The notes: generated by a model not told the origin, from the sequence alone. A DNA stretch of 64,000 nt from an uncultured Muribaculum sp. (GCF_910583865.1 NZ_CAJTYX010000007.1:12588-76587), one strand, 5' to 3'. Shown: positions 9,588 through 19,716, counted from the first letter of the stretch. Program-made: numbers and translations.

Positions 9588-11552
9588 ATGAAATTTAACA
9601 AATTTATCTACGCTTCGATGGCAGCCGCACTCCTTGCGGCCTGCTCCGACAAGGACGTCATCGCCGACGGTCCCGCCGACGGCGGCAATCAAGGCGAGAC
9701 CATGATCGGTGACGGCTATGTGGCTGTACGTATTAATCTGCCTACTCAGGTCGTTGCTGCTCCCCGTGCAGGGAATGACGATTTTGACGATGGCATTGCA
9801 GCAGAATACAAGGTTAAGAACGGTGCGCTGCTGCTCTTCACCGGTACCGGTACGAGCGAAGCCACTGCTGAATTTAGTAGCGCCTACAACCTGCCTTTAG
9901 ACAAATGGGTGCAGGATGATGACAACGACAACATCACAGCTTCCCATCTCACGGCTGTAAAGGTCGAGGTTGGTGATCTTACCGGCAAGACTCTTTATGG
10001 ACTTGTGATGATCAATTACGACAATGTGATTGAGGAGACGCTTACCGCAGGGAAAAAGTACGATGCAATCACTCTTAAGGATGTTGATGCTACTGTATTC
10101 GGTGTCGGAAAGACTTTCGGCGATCTCGTCAAGTTGGTTAGTACCCAGTCATTCAAGAATGCTGATGACAACTTCTTCATGACCAATTCTCCCGTCAGCA
10201 AGTTGTCGCAGAGCACTGCTACCGCTTATGCCGATCTAAGCGATGTAACCACTCTTGTCGTGTTCGATGCCAACGCTATCCAGCCCACGGAAGAGGAGGC
10301 AAAGGCAAAGCCCGCATCATCGGTGTTTGTGGAGCGTGCCGTGGCTAAAGCCACTCTTTCCGCAAAAAATGCTTCGCTTACGATAAAGGACCAGGATGGA
10401 AAGGATATTCCCCTTACGCCTAGTAAAGTGGAATGGGCGCTCAATGTCACTAATCCTGCGTCGTTCATCGTGCGCAATATGGGCACCGGCGCTTACCTCG
10501 GCTACAATAACTCGGATGCTACATCTATTGTGGGCAAGTTCCGTATGTTTGGTAACACCAAGATTGGTACTACCTCTATCCAACCTATCACGGATCTCTA
10601 CCGTACCTATTGGTGCATCGACCCCAACTATGATGGCACGGAGTCTCCCAAATATGCGCTTGACATCGTGGATAAAGACAATCCCACCGGCCCGATGACA
10701 TTTGTCGCAGAAAGCACACCTCTCTATTGCCACGAAAATACCTTTAATGTGGCTAACCAGGCCAATGATGCTACCACTCAGGCTATGGTGAAGGTGCAGT
10801 TTGGCGATGGCAATACAACCTATTATACGGTAAATGAGGCAAAGGACGTGCTTTATACTTCCGCTGAAAAGGCACAGGCTCAGTCCGTACATTATATCAT
10901 TTATGATATGGGTGTCAAGCAAGCTCTCCTCGATGCACTTAAGGCTGGCAACATTGATGCTACCATAGAGATTGACGCTACCACCTACCCCAACTATCTT
11001 GATATCAAGTTTACCCGCGATGCCACTACCGGCATACGCTCGGTCACCACGCTTGCCTTCAAGGAAAATATCTCGGTTACCGATAAGGACGGCAATGTTC
11101 ATACCATCAATCCCGTGTTGGAGAATGCTGAGAAACTTATGGCTGCTGTGAACGAAGCTTTTGTTATTGCGGAATATAAGGATGGCGTAAGCTATTATCC
11201 CGTACTCTTCAAGCACTTCGCCGGTAGCTCTTACACTGATCCCGCCGACCTCGCTCCATGGAATCCGGCGTGGGTGGCTGCGGCTAATACCGACAAGACC
11301 TCAGAGTCGTATGCAGCTATTTATAATGGTGAGCCTGTTGATCCCGAGAATATGTGGCTTGGCCGCTATGGCATGGTCCGCAACAACTGGTATGACGTTA
11401 ATGTAACTGCGTTCAAGAAGCTCGGCGCTCCTGAAATCGGCTCTATCGATATTACAAATAAGCCTGACGACGAGAAGAAAACCGAGCAGTGGATCGCCTT
11501 CAAGGTCAACATCCTCTCTTGGGCTAAGCGTGTTCAGAACATCGAGCTTTAA
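9588..11552 (+). CDS. Mfa1/FimA-family type V major pilin
   Basis: Lipobox LAAC; PRA processing site; FFMTNS, VERAVAK, YCHENT, MVRNNWY; C-terminal donor strand VNILSWAKRVQNIEL. Confidence 0.9.
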   Translation: MKFNKFIYASMAAALLAACSDKDVIADGPADGGNQGETMIGDGYVAVRINLPTQVVAAPRAGNDDFDDGIAAEYKVKNGALLLFTGTGTSEATAEFSSAYNLPLDKWVQDDDNDNITASHLTAVKVEVGDLTGKTLYGLVMINYDNVIEETLTAGKKYDAITLKDVDATVFGVGKTFGDLVKLVSTQSFKNADDNFFMTNSPVSKLSQSTATAYADLSDVTTLVVFDANAIQPTEEEAKAKPASSVFVERAVAKATLSAKNASLTIKDQDGKDIPLTPSKVEWALNVTNPASFIVRNMGTGAYLGYNNSDATSIVGKFRMFGNTKIGTTSIQPITDLYRTYWCIDPNYDGTESPKYALDIVDKDNPTGPMTFVAESTPLYCHENTFNVANQANDATTQAMVKVQFGDGNTTYYTVNEAKDVLYTSAEKAQAQSVHYIIYDMGVKQALLDALKAGNIDATIEIDATTYPNYLDIKFTRDATTGIRSVTTLAFKENISVTDKDGNVHTINPVLENAEKLMAAVNEAFVIAEYKDGVSYYPVLFKHFAGSSYTDPADLAPWNPAWVAAANTDKTSESYAAIYNGEPVDPENMWLGRYGMVRNNWYDVNVTAFKKLGAPEIGSIDITNKPDDEKKTEQWIAFKVNILSWAKRVQNIEL

Positions 11553-11591
11553 TCCCTTGCGGAATCCAATTTAACCCTTCCATAACTATGA

Positions 11592-11652
11592 CGGGCACGG
11601 CGGGAGCCGTGCGCCACCGCGCCGAAGGCCCTGCGCCGTGCCCGCCTTTTTT
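11592..11652 (+). terminator. Intrinsic terminator after the major pilin
   Basis: cgggcacggcg...cgccgtgcccg stem followed by a T6 run. Confidence 0.75.
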
Positions 11653-11667
11653 CAACAAATCCCGGGA

Positions 11668-11767
11668 TTCCCTAATGTCCTTAACGACCCTAATCTCCTT
11701 AGCGTCCTTAGTGTCATTGAAGCCCTTAGCGTCCCTAAAGTCTTTAATCTCCCCGATCTCCTTAAAG
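11668..11767. repeat. Degenerate 9-bp tandem array (ccctaatgt/ccttaacga type)
   Basis: cctaatgtc cttaacgac cctaatctc cttagcgtc cttagtgtc ... ; 9-bp periodicity. Confidence 0.8.
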
Positions 11768-11853
11768 CAAAGCCCCTCAGGCTTTACCCTCCCTCTCCCC
11801 GACAGTCCGCCTCCCTCCTTTTTTCAACCACCGACACCAACGAGAACAAAACG

Positions 11854-13218
11854 ATGACCCGTTTATTCCACCATATATTCGCCCTCTGCGCCATGGCCCT
11901 CGCCATGGCCGCAGTCCCCGCATGCACCATGATCCAGGACTCGGTCGACTACTGCCCCACGGGCCTCTATGTCCGCTTCGTCTACGACTACAACACCATG
12001 CGGGCCGACATGCTCAAGGACCATGTGGGCCACCTCCACCTCTACCTCTACGACGAGCAGGGCCACAAGGTAGCCGAGCGTGCCGTCTCCAACAACTCAC
12101 TCGCCTCACCCCTCGCCCAGTACGGCTACGCCATCCACTTCGACCCCTCCGAGCTCCGACCCGGACGCTACCGCCTCCAGGCCCTCGCCATGCAGCGCGA
12201 CTGGGACGAAGCCCTCTCGCGCACCGGCGCCAAGTACCGCCACGAGACCGCCATCAACCGTGGCGACGACATGCGCATCACCCTCGACCACGATGCCGAC
12301 CCCATCCCCGGCACAGCCCAGCACCTCGTCGACCACCGCTCCATGCCCCTCGACACCCTATGGCACACCCTCAAGGTACAGAGCCACCTCCCCGACGACG
12401 GCCTCGACGTACCCCCGATGCACCGCACCGTCAAGCCATACTCGATCTACCCCATCGAGGAGCAGTACGTAACCGTCACCGACAACATGGCCACCTACGC
12501 CACCGTATCGCTCATCCGCGACACCAAGCACCTCAACGTCACCCTCCGCCAGATCGACTTCCCCGACAACATATTCCACCAGCAATACGAGGTAACCATC
12601 GTCGACGACAACGCCACCCTTCTCCACGACAACGCCGTCGACGCCGCCTCCGACTCCCTCCGCTACACCCCCTACGCCGCATGGACATCACGCTTCACCC
12701 CCGACGGCGGTGTCGTAATCGACCCCACCGACCCCGATGCCCCCGCCCCCAACAGCAGCGCCTCCCCCCGTGGCGGAAGCTCCTCCCCCTCGATTGCCAA
12801 CAGCAGTGCCGGAAGCGGCAGCTTCCGGTCGTCCGACCGGCCAACCACGGCTGCCCTTAATGCCACTAATTTCCCTAATGACCCTACCGTCCTTAGCGAT
12901 GAAAACTCAACCTCCCGCACCGCCCACTACAACCTCATGTTCAACCGCCTCATCTACGACGACGACCCCCGCCGCTGCGCCGTCCTCCGCATACGCAACC
13001 GCAACTCCGGCAAGACCGTAGCAGCCATAAACCTCCCCTCATGGCTCGCCGAGGCACGCGCCGCCTACGAGCTTTACGGCTACTCCCCCCAGGAATTCCT
13101 CGACCGCGAGCACGATTACCACCTCCAGTTCTTCCTCAAGGGCGACACCTGGGCCTACTGCGACATCCGCGTCAATGTCCTCTCCTGGGCCATCCGCAAA
13201 CAGTTCGAAGAGCTATAG
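11854..13218 (+). CDS. FimB/Mfa2-family type V pilus anchor subunit
   Basis: Start reassigned to ATG 11854. Lipobox VPAC, CPTGLYVRFVYDYN, LYLYDEQG, SLIRDTKHLNVTL, QEFLDREHDY, VNVLSW. Confidence 0.88.
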   Translation: MTRLFHHIFALCAMALAMAAVPACTMIQDSVDYCPTGLYVRFVYDYNTMRADMLKDHVGHLHLYLYDEQGHKVAERAVSNNSLASPLAQYGYAIHFDPSELRPGRYRLQALAMQRDWDEALSRTGAKYRHETAINRGDDMRITLDHDADPIPGTAQHLVDHRSMPLDTLWHTLKVQSHLPDDGLDVPPMHRTVKPYSIYPIEEQYVTVTDNMATYATVSLIRDTKHLNVTLRQIDFPDNIFHQQYEVTIVDDNATLLHDNAVDAASDSLRYTPYAAWTSRFTPDGGVVIDPTDPDAPAPNSSASPRGGSSSPSIANSSAGSGSFRSSDRPTTAALNATNFPNDPTVLSDENSTSRTAHYNLMFNRLIYDDDPRRCAVLRIRNRNSGKTVAAINLPSWLAEARAAYELYGYSPQEFLDREHDYHLQFFLKGDTWAYCDIRVNVLSWAIRKQFEEL

Positions 13219-13238
13219 CCCCGCACCCGCCGCCCAAA

Positions 13239-13335
13239 CAGCCGTTCCGGAAGCGGCAGCTTCCGGAACGGCTGCCAAGAGATTCCCTTTCCGGCTGCCA
13301 AGAAATCCCTCCCCCGGTCGCCAAGAGATCCCTCC
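13239..13335. repeat. 16-bp perfect hairpin (cagccgttccggaagc-ggca-gcttccggaacggctg) plus three ~23-bp direct repeats (ggytgccaagaratccc...)
   Basis: Directly visible. The hairpin core recurs inside two CDSs at 12797-12828 and 13715-13746. Confidence 0.85.
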
Positions 13336-13449
13336 TTCTGCTCACCCGGTTTCCTCTCATCCCCGGCTTTTCCCTAATCTCCCTAAAGTCCCTAATCTCT
13401 TTAATGTCCCTATACCCCATCTCCCCTCTCTCCGTCACCGCCATAATTA

Positions 13450-15585
13450 ATGAAGCCCATATATAAGCTCATATTACCTCTGCTGATGATGCTGCCATTC
13501 ATGGCCGCATGCTCATCCGACCCCATCCTCCCGGAGCCGGACGCACCCGCTGCGCCCACCATCCCCGACGGGCCGATCGAGCTGGGCTTTGTCATATCCC
13601 TCGGCGACGACACCCCCGCCTCCCCCCGCTCAGGCTATACCTCCTCCCGTAGCTCTCTGTCAGACCCGTCCGACCTGTCCGACGCCTCTTCGTTTGCCTC
13701 CCCCGCCTCGCCTGCAAACAGCCGTGCCGGAAGCGGCAGCTTCCGGCCCTCCCGCGCCCCCTCCACCCCCGAAGGCGGCTACGACCCCGGCTCCGGCTAC
13801 GAAAACTTCATCGACATCGACGCCCGCGACTTCGCCCTCTACATCTTCACCTCAGGCACCACCACCGACACCGAAGCCACCCCCGCCGGCTCCGACTCCC
13901 GCCTCGTGGCCCGCGCCGAGATTACCGAGCTGACCCCCATCTCCCCCGATGCCAACGGTTCCGCCAAGCGCTACACCTGCAAGTTCCGCCTCGAAAACCC
14001 CGCCGCCATCTTCGACGCCACCGGCCGCGCATCCTTCCGCCTCGTAATGCTCGCTAACTGGCGCGCATGGGCCGCTCCCGCCCCCGACGGTAGCGCCCCC
14101 ATCTTGGCTGCCGACTACCCCGCCGACCTCCCCGTCTCCACCCCCGGAGTTCCCGGCTCCGGCGCCACCATCGACGACCTCTACGCCGCCACAGCCTCCA
14201 CCCGCGCATATCCCGACCCAGTCGGCCCCTCCATCACCCGCGACACCCGCATCCCCCTCTTCGGCGTCCAGGCCTACACCTCCGTCAATCTCGTCGCCAA
14301 CGGCCTCACCGACCTCCCCTCCACCCTCCACCTCCTCCGCGCCTTCGCCAAAATCGAAGTCGCCGCAGCCCCCTCCCACGGCTACGAATCCGAGAAGATA
14401 AAGTCGGTCACCCTCAGATACTGCCACACTACATTCTCGGCGATGCCCTCGCGCGTCTACGACCGTGCCCATTACGTCCGCGATTCCCACACCCTCGATT
14501 ACGTCGACCATGTATCCATACCTCACAGCGTTGCCGGAGGTTTTGAACTCCCCCTTCAGCACACCCCCACTCCCCACTTCACCGCCAATCCCTCCCTCGA
14601 CACCGACGGCAACGGCTCATGGATAATCTACGTCCCCGAGTACGACAACACATCTTCTGATGCGACATCCAACTGGCTTGATGTCACTTTCGGTGACAAT
14701 AAGACCTACAAAGTTTATTTCAAGAACTACGGCCAACTCGCCGGAGTCGAAAAAGACCAACCCTTCGACCTGCGACGCAACAACTGGTACATATACACCC
14801 TCCGCCGCCGCGACCTTGAACTCGATGTCGAAATCGACGTACAGCCCTACGCCTCAGCCTCCATGGAGGTCGGCGTCGGCCTCCTCGTCGACGAGATGGG
14901 CGATCTCATGATCTACATGGAGGAAGATCCCGCCACCGGTGAGCTTCGTCTCCCCTCCTACTTCGAGGAGTATCTCAAACTTAAAGGCGATAGATGGACG
15001 GCATTCCAGGCGCTCCCCGCCATCCACGACGAGATGGGCGACTACTACGCCATCCATCGCGGCTCCGACGGTTCTATGGAGAATGCCGAAATCTGGCTGA
15101 AGGACCGAGATGGCGCGCAGGTGCTCTCCGACTTCGATGGCAAGGAGCGCTGGGACACCCGCCACGTGAAGAGATATGAGGGCCTATCTACCTTTGACTA
15201 TATAAAGGACCGCGACGGCGAGCGCCAGCAGCAGCTCCATTCAGACCACTCCTCTATAATCTACGACACCGACTACGGTCTGCTCTACAAGCTCTATACC
15301 CCCGATGGTTCAATAAAGCGTTTCAAAATAGAGTCGTGGGAAGGCAGTTGGTCGTGGGATAAGACAAAAGATGAAGCAGTACATGTGCCCGGCGCATTCT
15401 ATGTCGATATCGGAGAAGAGACCGACCAGGATGGAAAACAATACTACCTGTTCCGCAAGTTCGACAAGGATGGCAATCAGACGCGCACCGTCGTGAGAGT
15501 CGATAAGGAGACCGGCACCAAGACTGAGGTCGACCGTAACCCCACCAAATTCGTGAGCCGGAAATCGGTTGAAAACCAACCATAA
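13450..15585 (+). CDS. Type V minor (tip) pilin with C-terminal extension
   Basis: Lipobox MAAC, RLVMLANW, IPLFG, LHLLRAFAKIEV, YVPEY, LRRNNWYIY, VQPY. Confidence 0.82.
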   Translation: MKPIYKLILPLLMMLPFMAACSSDPILPEPDAPAAPTIPDGPIELGFVISLGDDTPASPRSGYTSSRSSLSDPSDLSDASSFASPASPANSRAGSGSFRPSRAPSTPEGGYDPGSGYENFIDIDARDFALYIFTSGTTTDTEATPAGSDSRLVARAEITELTPISPDANGSAKRYTCKFRLENPAAIFDATGRASFRLVMLANWRAWAAPAPDGSAPILAADYPADLPVSTPGVPGSGATIDDLYAATASTRAYPDPVGPSITRDTRIPLFGVQAYTSVNLVANGLTDLPSTLHLLRAFAKIEVAAAPSHGYESEKIKSVTLRYCHTTFSAMPSRVYDRAHYVRDSHTLDYVDHVSIPHSVAGGFELPLQHTPTPHFTANPSLDTDGNGSWIIYVPEYDNTSSDATSNWLDVTFGDNKTYKVYFKNYGQLAGVEKDQPFDLRRNNWYIYTLRRRDLELDVEIDVQPYASASMEVGVGLLVDEMGDLMIYMEEDPATGELRLPSYFEEYLKLKGDRWTAFQALPAIHDEMGDYYAIHRGSDGSMENAEIWLKDRDGAQVLSDFDGKERWDTRHVKRYEGLSTFDYIKDRDGERQQQLHSDHSSIIYDTDYGLLYKLYTPDGSIKRFKIESWEGSWSWDKTKDEAVHVPGAFYVDIGEETDQDGKQYYLFRKFDKDGNQTRTVVRVDKETGTKTEVDRNPTKFVSRKSVENQP

Positions 15586-15603
15586 CCCCCTTCAACCCTG
15601 TAA

Positions 15604-18600
15604 ATGACAATGCAACGATATAACAGACTATTACATACTTTCCTCGTGTCGGTGCTGTTGGCGCTCGGCATGACCGCCTGTGTCGATGACGACCTCATAT
15701 TCCGGCAGGGTGGGGAATACCCCCACGGCGAAGCCGTGGTCAACATCGAGGCCGCTTTCTCCCCCTTCTCCGCAGCCGCCATGGGCAGCCGCGCCTATGA
15801 GTATGCACCTACAAATGGTTACACTACTGCCGGCAATCTTATGGGTGATATATCCGATGTCGCTCTCTTGATATACGATAAAGATGGCAATCTACTGAAG
15901 GATGATGGTCTTATCAATCTCACAGACTATGTTATCAAAGATGAGCCGCGAGTTGAGGGCGATGCCGGTAAGGATGATAATGTCAACAGACCGCTTGGCG
16001 AGCCTTCTACAAAATGTCTCACAAAGAAAGGCCTCAAGCTTTTCTTTGGTGAATACTATCTCATAGCCGTGGCCAACATGGGTCAATATACCAAGAATGG
16101 AGATAAGCTGACGATTGCCAAATCCACCTATCAGACTTTCTCCGAGATGGATGTCGAGGACTATAATACCCTTCATAAGCTGCGCCGCATGCGCCGACAA
16201 TGGGCTGCTTCAAATATCAACAACAACCGTGAGATGTGCGGCTATTTTGCGGTAAAGGGTGAGGACTCTTCTCCTACCGCTTCCTCCGACTTTCAGACTG
16301 TCGTTGTCAATGAGTCGGGGATGACTTTGCGAACATGGTTGCGTCGTCTCGCCTCGAAGGTTACCGTTGATTTCGACGGCACAGGCCTGCGCGAGAATGT
16401 TAAAGTTTATATCAGGAATGTTACTATCCATGACATTGCAACATCCTGTACCCTTGGCTTCGGCAAGCATAAGGATAATGATATTGATCCGTGGATTGAC
16501 TATAATAATCATGTCGGCAGTGATGATGACGCTGCCGATGGCTCCCACTCGACCATGGGCGACCACACGCATTCTACCGGAGGTGACAATACTTCCCATG
16601 CAATCAACTTCTTTAACATGTACGACAAAACTGCCGTCGCCGGCAATGGTGGTGATGCCGAGACCAATCATGAGAAATGGCCTCGCATAGCCAAAGGTTC
16701 GCCGTACATTTATATGGATCCGAAAGCTGATGTCAAGGAGCGGCGCGACCTGCATGCCCTTGATGCCCCGGCGCTGTTCTTTTACGAGAACATGCAGGGA
16801 GACCTTCCCGACGGAAAGACCAAAGGCCCGATGCTCGACATAAGCTCCGGCGGCGCTACGGATAATGGCGACAAGGACGGCATGGAATATGGAACATACA
16901 TCGAGGTATCCGCCTATTATGAGTCGGAAGCATCAGGCAACATATCCAACGGCCCGATAAAGTATCGCTTCATGCTCGGCAAGGACGCCATACGCAACTG
17001 CGATGCCGAGCGCAACTACCATTACAAGGTCACCCTCAAATTCAACGGCAACGCCAACGATGTCTCCTGGCACATCGACTACGTGGAGGAACCCGATTCA
17101 TGGGACGTCCCCCAGCCCTGGTACGTCTCCTACCTCTACAACCACCAGTCCACCATCCCTTTCAAATACACTCCTAAGGAGGGTTATGAAGTGGTATACT
17201 TCGAAGCCGAGATTACCAAAAATCCGTGGGAACCTGATAAAGACGAAGGTATACCTCTCCCGCCTGATAACGACCAAGCTATAGCAGCAGATGAGAACAA
17301 ACAGATAGGAAATGGTTTTCTGTCGCTACGTCAGACTACTTCACTGATTATCACTCCTAAGGATTGTGGTGTGAACGCATGGACAGGATATGATAATGCT
17401 GCTGAGGCTAAGCGTGATACTTCCATACATATGAATAATCAATATTTTCTTGGGATATCAGATGGAAGTGGCGGCTTGAATCGAGCGAAACGTAGATTTA
17501 ATGTTTCCAAGGATGCCCAATGGAATGATTCTAAGGATGATTATGTCAGTAGGCCTAAAGAGGAATTCTCTTACCAGCGAAACGAGCGGAATCAGAGTGT
17601 TTCTCTTGATATGCCTTTGTTTACCCGTGCAAAAACATTGATAAAACAGACGGGTTATTCGGGGAATAATCCCTATGTAGGTTATACTCGTACTGCAACA
17701 ATTAAAGTTACTCCGTTTGTCCGTAAAAAAAACACTACAGATAAGCCTGCTGCTGCTACTCCCAGAGATATTCAGGTGGAGCAGGTGCGTCGTATAGTAA
17801 ATCCTAAAGGCGTATACCGTCGTTCCGGCAATAATCAAGATTTTGCCGTTCATCTCTTGGAATTGCCCGGTGACTTGTCGACTACTTTCCGCGACTTTAC
17901 TTCCGATGGTCCATGGATGGCCGAAATTCTTGGTGACAAGAATTTTATCACTCTTGACGGCAAGCAGACCGTTACCGGCTCCACCGGCTCATCCATCGCT
18001 TTTAATATCCGGTTTAACAAGCTTAATTCCGCAGATGAAACTGTACGAAATGCAGTGGTGCGCGTGCGTTACAATAGCTATACGTGCACGCACCTGATAT
18101 TTGTGCGCCAAGGGTATAACCCTCAGGCTATATCCAAGAACGCCAAAGACTTCGACCATAAAGGTGGAACCGCTACTGCTGTTAAGTGGCGAACATTTAA
18201 TCGTATTGCGGCACGGCTTGATGCGAAGGATCCGCGAGACGAAGGCTCCTTATTCAAACATGGTAATGTATGGAATGCGATTGATTCCTACAATAACTGT
18301 TATAAGGATATGGCGGCAGACGGTAAACGTGATGGGATGGGCATATACACTGCGCCATCGTTGTCTGAATTTACTTCTGATGTTGCGTCGAATGGTAAGT
18401 ATAAGCTCACAGAAGGTGATGGACGGTTGTCTGATTCTGAAAAGGATTGGACTTCATTCAACAAAAATAATAGCGGTTTCACCTCTACTGATCCCGATTG
18501 GAGCAGTATGGCTACCATGCGTCATTTTGAACAGCTTTATGCCACCAATAACATCCAATTTGGATTTGGTGTGCTTTATGCCGACGGTGCAACTTCAACA

Positions 18601-19128
18601 CAGTGGGATATCAGTTCTGCTTACGGATATTATCGTCGAGATCCCGAAAATACCGGGCCTGTGGGTCCGGATCCCGATTTCCAGACTGACAGTCCCAAGG
18701 GCATGAGAGGTATGTTTGCTTATTATTACGATGAAACTGATCCTGGCAATGAATGCACTGGAAATAGTGTTTTCTTTCCTATAGGTCGCTCTGGGTATGG
18801 ACATCGTAAGGATATGAGGGAGGCTGAAGGTAACACCAAAAAAGGAGTACTCCGATATAGCTGTGCAGGATATGAGAATCGTGGTTGGCTCTTCAATAAG
18901 ACTGCACCATTGTTTTCCGCGCTTTATTATCGCCCCGGTGCGGTATATTATGCCAAAGATGCTGCTACAGATAATTTCCTTGATTGGACCGGTGCTGTCG
19001 GAAATTCAGGCGCTGATGGAAAGGCGATTGGCATGGATATAAACTATTTCTCGTTTGATGTCAATATGATTGGAGCAGTTAACGTTGCCGAAGGCGAGGA
19101 TGCCTGCATGGTTCGCTTCGTCGAATAA
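15604..19128 (+). CDS. Large type V pilus tip adhesin (DUF4906-like)
   Basis: Lipobox MTAC, SRA site, LIAVAN, LRRLASKVTV, FYENMQG, YIEVSAYY, RNYHYKVTL; C-terminal FFPIG...VRFVE domain. Confidence 0.8.
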   Translation: MTMQRYNRLLHTFLVSVLLALGMTACVDDDLIFRQGGEYPHGEAVVNIEAAFSPFSAAAMGSRAYEYAPTNGYTTAGNLMGDISDVALLIYDKDGNLLKDDGLINLTDYVIKDEPRVEGDAGKDDNVNRPLGEPSTKCLTKKGLKLFFGEYYLIAVANMGQYTKNGDKLTIAKSTYQTFSEMDVEDYNTLHKLRRMRRQWAASNINNNREMCGYFAVKGEDSSPTASSDFQTVVVNESGMTLRTWLRRLASKVTVDFDGTGLRENVKVYIRNVTIHDIATSCTLGFGKHKDNDIDPWIDYNNHVGSDDDAADGSHSTMGDHTHSTGGDNTSHAINFFNMYDKTAVAGNGGDAETNHEKWPRIAKGSPYIYMDPKADVKERRDLHALDAPALFFYENMQGDLPDGKTKGPMLDISSGGATDNGDKDGMEYGTYIEVSAYYESEASGNISNGPIKYRFMLGKDAIRNCDAERNYHYKVTLKFNGNANDVSWHIDYVEEPDSWDVPQPWYVSYLYNHQSTIPFKYTPKEGYEVVYFEAEITKNPWEPDKDEGIPLPPDNDQAIAADENKQIGNGFLSLRQTTSLIITPKDCGVNAWTGYDNAAEAKRDTSIHMNNQYFLGISDGSGGLNRAKRRFNVSKDAQWNDSKDDYVSRPKEEFSYQRNERNQSVSLDMPLFTRAKTLIKQTGYSGNNPYVGYTRTATIKVTPFVRKKNTTDKPAAATPRDIQVEQVRRIVNPKGVYRRSGNNQDFAVHLLELPGDLSTTFRDFTSDGPWMAEILGDKNFITLDGKQTVTGSTGSSIAFNIRFNKLNSADETVRNAVVRVRYNSYTCTHLIFVRQGYNPQAISKNAKDFDHKGGTATAVKWRTFNRIAARLDAKDPRDEGSLFKHGNVWNAIDSYNNCYKDMAADGKRDGMGIYTAPSLSEFTSDVASNGKYKLTEGDGRLSDSEKDWTSFNKNNSGFTSTDPDWSSMATMRHFEQLYATNNIQFGFGVLYADGATSTQWDISSAYGYYRRDPENTGPVGPDPDFQTDSPKGMRGMFAYYYDETDPGNECTGNSVFFPIGRSGYGHRKDMREAEGNTKKGVLRYSCAGYENRGWLFNKTAPLFSALYYRPGAVYYAKDAATDNFLDWTGAVGNSGADGKAIGMDINYFSFDVNMIGAVNVAEGEDACMVRFVE

Positions 19129-19283
19129 ACCCTCCCTCTCTTCCCTGTCTCCTCCCCGCACCCTCTGTGCTCTCCGTGCGTCATCCTTCTCCATTCGACA
19201 TCCCATCCTTTTCCATACCCCTGCGGCTGCCCTCCCCGGCAGCCGCTCCCATTTCCCCTCCGCCTCACCGTCCCCACCTCCCC

Positions 19284-19716
19284 GTAGGGATGTACCCCCG
19301 GTGCATCCGCCTGCCCGGGCTACGCTGCGCTACACCCGGGACTAACCACAAACACCGCCACTCCGTGGCTTCCTGACTTCCATATCCCCTCTCTCCCCGC
19401 GCCGTCCCCTCCACCCGTAGGGATGTACTCCGGTGCATGCGCCTACTGTATTACTTAAAAAATATTAAATAGTATTGGGTTCAAGGTATGAATATTAGGA
19501 ATATATCGATGATTTTCGTTATATCTGCAACACAATTACGCTCATGGCCACGCTTGTCCGATACAGCCGTACTAAGCCGCTAATTCTCGATAATGGGCAA
19601 GCCTACCCTTGAGCTTTTTATCCCCATACCCCATGAGTCTGGTTTTTGTGCATTCAGGAAGCCACGGAGTGGCGGTGTTTGTGGTTAACCCCTGGCGTAG
19701 CGCAGTGCAGCCTGGG
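19284..19716. mobile_element. REP/MITE-like relic: 63-bp inverted repeats (19314-19376 / 19654-19716) plus two GTAG-hairpin REPs (19284-19311, 19417-19446)
   Basis: 34-bp perfect IR core taaccacaaacaccgccactccgtggcttcctga; GTAG-ggatgtac...gtgcat hairpins; no intact transposase. Confidence 0.6.

Noticed and set aside
11638..11853. 72-aa N-terminal extension of the Mfa2-like gene and ORF 11588..11857
   Set aside because: Spans the terminator and the 9-bp array; the lipoprotein signal begins at 11854.
13270..13335. Three ~23-bp repeats as a mini-CRISPR
   Set aside because: Repeats are contiguous with no unique spacers, and no cas genes are present.
9588..19128. Diversity-generating retroelement or shufflon acting on pilins
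   Set aside because: No reverse transcriptase, template/variable repeat pair, recombinase or inverted cassette was seen in the window.
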